Shown in pieces: positions 55,664 to 64,000 of a stretch of DNA of 64,000 bases (position 1 is the first letter of the stretch; each line of letters opens with the position of its first letter). The position numbers were made by a program, and so were the translations under genes. Under the pieces are notes generated by a model. The model saw only the letters and a program-made list of their open reading frames with translations. It was not told the DNA's origin and ran no database searches. Source of the DNA: the human T2T-CHM13v2.0 reference genome, Homo sapiens; assembly GCF_009914755.1 (NCBI RefSeq), contig NC_060947.1; one strand, written 5' to 3'.

Positions 55664-56069
55664 TGCTTTTTATTTTTTCATTATCATAAATAATCATGCA
55701 GTTTGTAGTTTTCACTACCAAATAAGAAAATTTTGACATCTCTTAGTTTATCCTTTTTATTTTTGTTCTATTCATGGTGGTTGTTCATTATTAATAATAA
55801 TTTAATATAACAAATGGAGAAGTCACTTCTGTGTATCTGTTTCCTCACTGGGAGAGGCAATTTTGTGTGTCTGAGATCTCCCTGCTGGTAAATGGCTGAG
55901 CTGCTACTAGAACTCCAGTCTTCTGACAGTCAGGCCTGAGATTCTTCCCCCGATCCTGTGGTTCTTAGGTAGAATGTGACTGTCACACCTGCCACATTAG
56001 TGGCAGTGCGTCATAATTGACAGTGAGTCTCAGGAGAGCAAGGAGAAAGTTCTCTAAGGGATAAGGGAC

Positions 56070-56378
56070 TGGTAACAGAGACCCAGGATTGCAGAGGCTT
56101 AAAATAGAAGTTTCTTTCACCCTCACATATAAATACAAAGGTAGGGCAGTACAGGACTAGTGTGGCAGCTCTGCTCCACCACAGCGAGGTGTGACCCTTG
56201 TCCTCAAGGTCAGGATAGAGTTCCAGCTGTCATATCCCATTGGCCAGGACATAGTTGCATGACCACATTAGCTGCAAGGCAGAAGAGAACTGTACTCTTC
56301 GTTCTGGGCAGCACTTGAAAATTGTGTTCCTGCGGAGTAAGGGAAGACTGGATACTGGAGGACAATATGTCTGCCACT
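56070..56378 (-). mobile_element. MLT1-type MaLR LTR remnant
   Basis: catatcccattggccaggacatagttgcatgaccacattagctgcaagg...gtctgccac. Confidence 0.7.
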
Positions 56379-57042
56379 GAGGAATTTAGAATAGAATGTG
56401 AAACAAGAGATACAATTTGTTTTCTATATTACAAAGCCTTCTTATTCCACCTGTGCATTTGGGACCATCTATGAATTTGTTAATTGAAAAAGAGAATTCA
56501 AATGGAGAATCAAAAAATGATGCATACATACTTAAAATGTTTATTTTAATTGGAAACATAAATACTGTATGTATTCATTTACCACGCTATAAAGGTAGGG
56601 TCAAGGCCTTTTGCCTATCGCTCTTCTGAAGTTCTGATTGGTCTTTTTTACATACATCATACTCGTAATGCATCTTTAAGGTAAAGCAAATGTGCAAAAA
56701 CATCTGCAAAGGAATCTCAGTGCAGAATCCTTCAATTGGACATGCTTATCCCCACTAGCACCCATTCCTTGCCAGTGTTTTGTAGTTGTCTCACATTTGA
56801 TTAGATGGCAATAAGTTTAGTGGCTTTTCATTTATTAAGCCTTTCTAAAGTATTCAACTTTGTTTTCTTATAAACAACAACTCTTTTTTTAAAAAAACAT
56901 TATTTCATTTGTTTATATGGTATTTAATTATATTAAAATAACAAGTGCATCTTTTATAAATAGGCATGGGAGTAAATACAACTGATTCTTGATAGGTATA
57001 CAACTTGACTGGTGGGAACAAAACTGTGAGGCCAAATTAGAG

Positions 57043-57712
57043 CAGTGATTTTCTGACTGGTCTTATGGCCCCTTCACACTCTGAAAATTATTGGGAACCC
57101 TAAGAACTTTTTATTTATGTGTATTTTATCTATTAGTGTTTCTCATATTAGTCATGACTGAGCAATATAAAAATATTAGTTCATTTTAAAATAACAATAA
57201 ACGTATTGCATGTTAACATAGATAAGTTTGTATGTCAGTTATTCTTTCAAGTGAAAAATGGCATTCCACATAAAAAGCAGCTCATTCAGCTTGCATCTCA
57301 ATCCTCTAAGTGCTTTTCCTCAGGACAACCATTGGACAGATGGTGCATGTGCAGCAGAAGGGCTTTATGTGCAGTCTGCCATTTTATCATGCAGATTCCA
57401 AAAAAGACATGTACTCAAGAATTGAAATTTAGTCAAAGTAATATTTTGTACTGCTTCATCAAAGATGTCCTTAACTAAAACGTCTGTTTTCTTTTTTAAA
57501 GGCAAGGTTTAATTGGATTAAAGAATCCAATGCCTTGATTCATGCTGAGGTGCCAGCAGTTTACCCATTGTTGCTTTGTACCATTAGTGTAAATGCCAAC
57601 ACAGTGAAAAAGGCAAACATCACAGTCTTATTATGAATATAGTTTTGACTTCATGGGCCCTCCGCAAGATCTGAGACCCCACAGATCCACATGTTACACT
57701 TTGAGAACTGCT
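57043..57712. mobile_element. Charlie1-family hAT deletion derivative
   Basis: Ends cagtgattttc.../...ctttgagaactgctg; internal ctgaggtgccagcagtttacccattgttgctttgtaccattagtg. Confidence 0.72.
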
Positions 57713-58450
57713 GTCCTAGATGGTTGCTTACAAACAATAAGCTGTGATTGTACCACGGGCCTTGTACTTTACAGTGAGAAAGGAGAATGGTTAATCTGGA
57801 AATTCAGTAGAGACCGGCTAAGTGGAATTTCTACATAATAAAAAATTTTGCATGAATTTTAGTTATAATGGTCTCTGACTCCAAATTAAGGTTTTTGAAT
57901 ATTGAATTGTAGGGGGTCTGTGACTCTTTATTTCAATAGTATTTTCTGGCCTGTTTGAATTTTTGTACTAAATGTATTGATCATTTTTAATTTTAGACAT
58001 TTTTTTTTCTACTAAGAATATTTCGTGGATCTTCCAGGTGTATTTTCAAGGCTTGATTTTTATCACAAGATTCTGTTGCAGAGATACAGCACACTGTGTT
58101 TAAAAAGGCTCTTTCCCCCCTTTATACATTACAGTGTCATATTTCTACTTTGTATTGCTTTTCTCTTCTAATTATTCTAAAATAATGCCTGAAAACCTTT
58201 AGGGAGAGTGAAAAGTATACAGGGTTATTATTTGGGGTAGCATTAGGGAATAGTAAAAATGGAATTCCTCATAAAAGAAAGCCCCAATTTTAATGCTGAT
58301 TCAGCATGAGAAAGTTGTAGATAGAAAGCAAAACAATTAAAAAAAAAAGCTATGTATTGGATGAATTATTCTAGATGCTTTGTAAAATTGTTAATACATA
58401 ATTTACGGGCCTACCTAATTTGGGAAATAATGACTCTATTTAATTTTTAG

Positions 58451-58571
58451 AATATGCTCGAATTGCTGGAAGAAATGCCAAATGGAGTTCCACCTGAGAA
58501 AGTAAAAAGCTACATCTATCAGCTAATCAAGGCTATTCACTGGTGCCATAAGAATGATATTGTCCATCGAG
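58451..58571 (+). CDS. CDKL5: CDKL5 coding exon 6 (121 nt), [40 protein letters not shown](D)
   Basis: Acceptor taatttttAG, donor AG|GTGAGT. Also visible in ORF 58454..58684. The HRD motif is split at the exon end. Confidence 0.97.
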
Positions 58572-60468
58572 GTGAGTATGAGATTTTTAAAATGGAAAAT
58601 ATTAAAACATCAAATAAAGTTAAGAGTATTTCACATGTTACTGTCTTTAAGAATATTTTCATAAGCATTGGCATTGCCATTTAAATTAAATATATTTTGA
58701 AAGTGCAAGACATGAGAAATATTTGCTCTCCATATCTCCTTTTCTATCACCAAAAGGATGGATTACAAATTTATTTGGATATTGTGGTGAGATCTTTACA
58801 TTTGTATAACTATTATAGATCCACTCCCAATTGTAGAAATGCCTAGTGATATAAGAGAACTCAACAAATGTGAACTTTGAAACTTACTTGGGGATAGGAG
58901 AAGAGCAAAATGTTGATCTCTATAGCCTTGGTCCTGCAGGTAGACCAGGTAATGTGAAACAACTCTGAATCAGGCTTTATATAGGTGGTTCCTAAGTCAC
59001 TGGCCCCTATTGGCACTCATGTCTCATTCCTTCTTACACCAACAATCTCCAGTATGTATCTTCACCTCCTAATTTTCTCTACCCCTTAGTGAAAAGTGCC
59101 CGTTGTCTGCAGTTGCAGGCATGATCAACCTTGCATAAAGGTCATAATTATACTCCCATAAACTGTTTTGTCCTTTACTGCCATGAAGTGGGTGGTTTAT
59201 AGCAATGAAAGGGAAATTACTTGCTCAGCATCAACTTTGTCTCTTCTCCTGATAATCTTTCTTGCACTGGAGAGTTTTACAGTAGTGGGACACAAATTGA
59301 TACAACAATGACCCTAAATATTTATTTAAAAAATTGCAGTATTTACTTTTTGTCTTTAGATTAGCAGATAAAAGAATGCTACATTTTAATTTACCTATAC
59401 ACAAATGCACAAGGATATCACTTTAAAAATATTCTCACTTGTGAGAATAGTTTAAAGGTCATATGAAGAATGCCATCGTCTTTTATTCCTAGAAACAGTT
59501 TATATTTCTCTTGCATTTGACTCTCATAGCAGTTACCTTATCAAGATTGTTGGTAGCATGGGTAGATCTCCACGTCAACTGGACATCCAGTGTCTAGGGT
59601 AATGATTCTAGTAACAGTCTATACTGTAGTTTGGGGATATTAATGAGGAGCCGAGTTAGGTGCATTTCCATCATGATACTGTGATTTGATTATGTGCATA
59701 GTGAATCATTGGTTGCAAATTAATGGTAGAAACCATGATTTGAAATCTACAGATTTCACTACCTCTGCCCTTTCTCCATTTGCATCTCTACCATATGATA
59801 TAGATCATGGGTATTCTACTCTAAAAATACAATTGCGAGATGCCTCCCAAGGAGAGAATTCAACTGCATTTTCTGTGAATTTCTACTTAACTCCCACCAC
59901 ATCTTCATAACATCCATGGAAAAAATTAGAAATCTTAATTTGACTCATCCAGTATGGCTTCAGCATTAGACATTGATAATTGTGAACCATGCAGAAAAGC
60001 TAAAGAGACGTAAATATAGAAATTATGTAGAAGAATGTAACAGAAAGCATGTCTTGTATGTCTTCTCCAGTAAATATAATGCTAGCTACTTATTCTCATG
60101 TATTTTTAAAGTATCTTGTGGGTGTAAACATTTTATATTTCTATCTCCAAAAATTTGTATTACTAGTATTTTATGAAGTAATAATAGGTTTTTGAAATGT
60201 GTTGGCCTATATTTAATTATTCTTAAAATTCTTTCAGAGATCCAACTAATCCTTTTAATACTTAAAGAGGAAAAAAATATTTTTGAAGTTGTGGTCTGCA
60301 TGTTTCTGAGAAAGAAATTCATTGAAACTTTTATGTACCAGCATAAAATGTGTTACTTTATTTTTGCTGCCACAGTTTTCTATTCAAATTACTCTAGATA
60401 TTTCTAATTAGATGCTATTACAGTGATCTAACAGTGTCAATCAGGAGAACATAGAACATTTTTACTAA

Positions 60469-60570
<102 letters not shown>

Positions 60571-62780
60571 TAAGTCCTGGTACTTACAGAATTAATTTAT
60601 TGTAACACATAGGTAGCTTTTAAAGGAATATTAAAAGTAATTGTTATGTTTTGACTTAAATTGGTAGAGGAACATTCTTTTGAGTCACATGTTGAAAAAT
60701 TGATTGCTGGAGGAGTACTGCTCTCTTCAGAGTATTGTCTATTTTTAAAATTTTATCATGGTTTTTGTTTAATCAGAACTAATTCAAAGCAAATACACCC
60801 ATATGCCCAATATCTAATGACTTCACAAAAATTTTTTTTGAATGTTGATAGTTGTTCCAGGTTTAATCATGAACACTAAAATATCCCTCTGTAAATACAC
60901 ATAAGTATTTTGTATATGCAATTGTTATATATCTATAAAGTCAAAAGACATTTTTAGAACATTTTCATTTGTTCCCTCTAAATGTTCAATGAATGGGGTT
61001 AGTCATGTATAATATTACAGCTTTTGATTGAATGTATAGGGAAATTTTTTTAGTTGTACTCTCTCCTAGTAGAAAATTGTCTGTGTCTCCCATGTAGATA
61101 ACTCTGTATTAAGCTCTATTAAACATTTAAATTAAAATAATTCAGAAAAAATTTTAGATTGTATGTTAGGGTCATGGGTCACTTTTTAAAATAATAGTTT
61201 TGCCTAACCTGTATGCTGAAAAATGAACACTTGATTTTTTAAATGTCTTTTTTCATATATTTAAATATAATCACAAATACAATGTAAACCTCCACATATA
61301 ACTAAGAATCCATCTCCTTATAAGGAAAAATTAGATTAGATTAGTGCATAGGAGATGAATTACACAAGCAAGAAATAGAGGCATTGTCAAAATTTGCTTC
61401 GTAGAATGACCCATTTTGTCCAGTGTAGCAAATGGAAGCATGTGTAGCTCTTGTCACTCAGTATTTTCAAAGATTTTGAATATTATTAACCTGTTTGTCT
61501 GAGAAAAAATGTTTTACAGGACTTAATTTTCTTCATATTTTATGATAAGGAATGATATGTAAAAGAGTCTGTGTCCTAAATTTATAAAGAATGTACTTAG
61601 GAAAAAGGAAATATTGAATACTGGATCTGAAAGATTTTAATTGTGGCATTTTTAGCATTTTGTTAGCATTATGATTTTCAGGAACAACATCTGTTTCTGA
61701 TTTCCTGTCCGTGATTGTGATTACTACCCAAAACAGAGACTTAAGTTACTGAAAATATAAAGCAAGTTATAAATATAAAAGAATGCCCATAGAATGGTTA
61801 GTAGTAGGAAGAGTACTCCTGGTCTGGCATTTCTCAGAGAAAAGACTGTTGTAAATGGTCAGGAAGTTCCTCCTGGCAGCACCACATGCGGTATCCTGTG
61901 TCCTGTGTATCCCTAGCAAGGACTTCCTAATTGCTTCCCCTCCCAGAGTACGCACTCCTTGGTCTGACTTGAAGAACCCCATTCAAAAATACAAATATTT
62001 CTTCAAAGCGTGTCTTATGAAGAAACATTGATTATCTGAAGTTAGGGGTTTTGTTTTACGCTGGGATTGTTTTTATTTTTTACCGTTTCATTTTAAGAAA
62101 CAGTATTTTCCATGTCTCAAAACTGACGTACACCTTGATTTTTACTCTTAATTTTAATGTTCTGATTCTCTATAACTATTCACAGTGAACCTATGTTGTG
62201 TTTGGTGAGTTAGATGGGTGATTAACTTATCCTCCTGCCTTATTTTGTGGCTATGCAGTAGCCCTAAAACCTTTTCAAAGGGTGGGGGTAAAAGTAGTGG
62301 TAGAGTCTGTAATTGGTAACTAAGATACCCCTAATATTCTCAGTCATTAGGAGATGATAGTAATTTTGGCCTGCTTTGTTTCCATCACTGTTTATGTAAA
62401 GGCTAGAATTGCTCAGCAACAGTACATATGCAAATACTGTGTAAGTGCCACATAGCAAAATTAATGACCGTCTACAATATGCTAGTTTGACTTTGATTTT
62501 GATTTCTAGCTTTTGTGGGGACTTTATTTCATTTTTTTCCTAAGGTTTGCATTTATTGGGAGAGCTGATTTAAAAGTATGCTCTGAATAATTATAAAAGC
62601 ATGGGATGACTTCGAAAACCCGGTTTTCTTTAGCATAGTGAAGAGACTGGTTTTGTAGTGAATACATTGTATGTCTTTCAATTGACATGGAACACTCTAC
62701 TAACTTTTTAAGATAACAAGGATATTATTAATAAATAGCCCATGCGAGAACAGTCATTACATTCTTTTGATGTTGTTTAA

Positions 62781-62957
<177 letters not shown>

Positions 62958-63059
62958 TGAGTTACCGTCCCAAAATAGAATGACATTTCCACATCTGCTG
63001 ATTCTATTGTCATTTGCTTTGAGTTCATCTATGGAAAATAAGAACTTCAGTTAATTAAA

Positions 63060-63581
63060 TGTGTCAGTTACATATTGCAGTATAACAAACTACCTAAAAC
63101 TTAATGGTATGAAACAAGCACCTTTTTGTTTGCTCAGAATTCTGGGTGTGGGGGAATCACCAGTTTGAGTTCAGCTGGATGGTTCTTCTACTGGTCTCTC
63201 TTGGAGTCACTCACGAAGTTATAGTCAGCTGGTAGGTCTTCTGGGAGCTGGTTAGTTTAGGGGTCTCAGCTGGATCAGACCATCTCTGATCCCTGGAAAC
63301 TTATCCTCCAGTAAGCTATTCCAAGTTTCTAAGTGTGATAGTTGGAGAATTCTGTGCTATTAAGAGGGTAAGCCCCAAAGCAACAGCAGCTTTCAAGCCT
63401 TTTTTTGTATGGCTTTTGCCTCGTTGGCCAAAGCATGTTACATGACCAACCCCTGATTCATGGTATGGAGAAATAAATTCCATCTCTTGATGGGGCAAGT
63501 GGCAGAGCCATATTATAAAATGGTATATGTATGGAAATGGAAGAAATTAATTGTAGCCATCTTTGCTAATAAACTTCCACA
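63060..63581 (-). mobile_element. MLT1F/H-like MaLR solo LTR
   Basis: tgtgtcagtta...ataacaaactacctaaaacttaatgg...ttggccaaagcatgttacatgacc...gccatctttg...ccaca. Confidence 0.75.
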
Positions 63582-63712
63582 TTAAGAATGTGAATATCCA
63601 CACAGTTTGACATTCTGGCTTATCTATTTGTTCATTTATTAATTCTTCAAGTACTTATCAAGTATCTCTTATGTCCAACCACTTTGCCAGGCACATAGAG
63701 TAAATATTGAAC

Positions 63713-64000
<288 letters not shown>

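Overview
Human (or very closely related hominid) genomic DNA lying entirely within the X-linked kinase gene CDKL5 (+ strand). It covers the 3' ~43 kb of the long phase-0 intron before coding exon 4, then five coding exons (conventional exons 4-8; 46, 137, 121, 60, 91 nt) that splice into the kinase-domain segment ETHEIVAIKKFK...HRDIKPEN...DFG...TEY...RSPELLLG. The intron holds a disabled, sense-oriented processed copy of connexin 43 (GJA1) mRNA with 5' UTR, CDS and both ends of the 3' UTR, most likely GJA6P (rodent Cx33/Gja6 orthologue). The rest is mostly interspersed repeats: decayed antisense L1s, >20 Alus, L2, MIR, DNA transposons and LTRs. Almost all ORFs in the supplied track are repeat-derived noise. 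I found no convincing new multi-gene system. The most interesting local signals are a candidate poison exon inside the connexin retrocopy, an apparently APOBEC3-hypermutated LTR10 solo LTR, a U2 fragment plus Alu sharing a triplicated target site, a complex templated insertion, a young AluYb-lineage insertion, and two AG|GTAAG recursive-splice-like sites. Repeat subfamily calls and GJA1 comparisons rely on recalled reference sequences and need confirmation by alignment.
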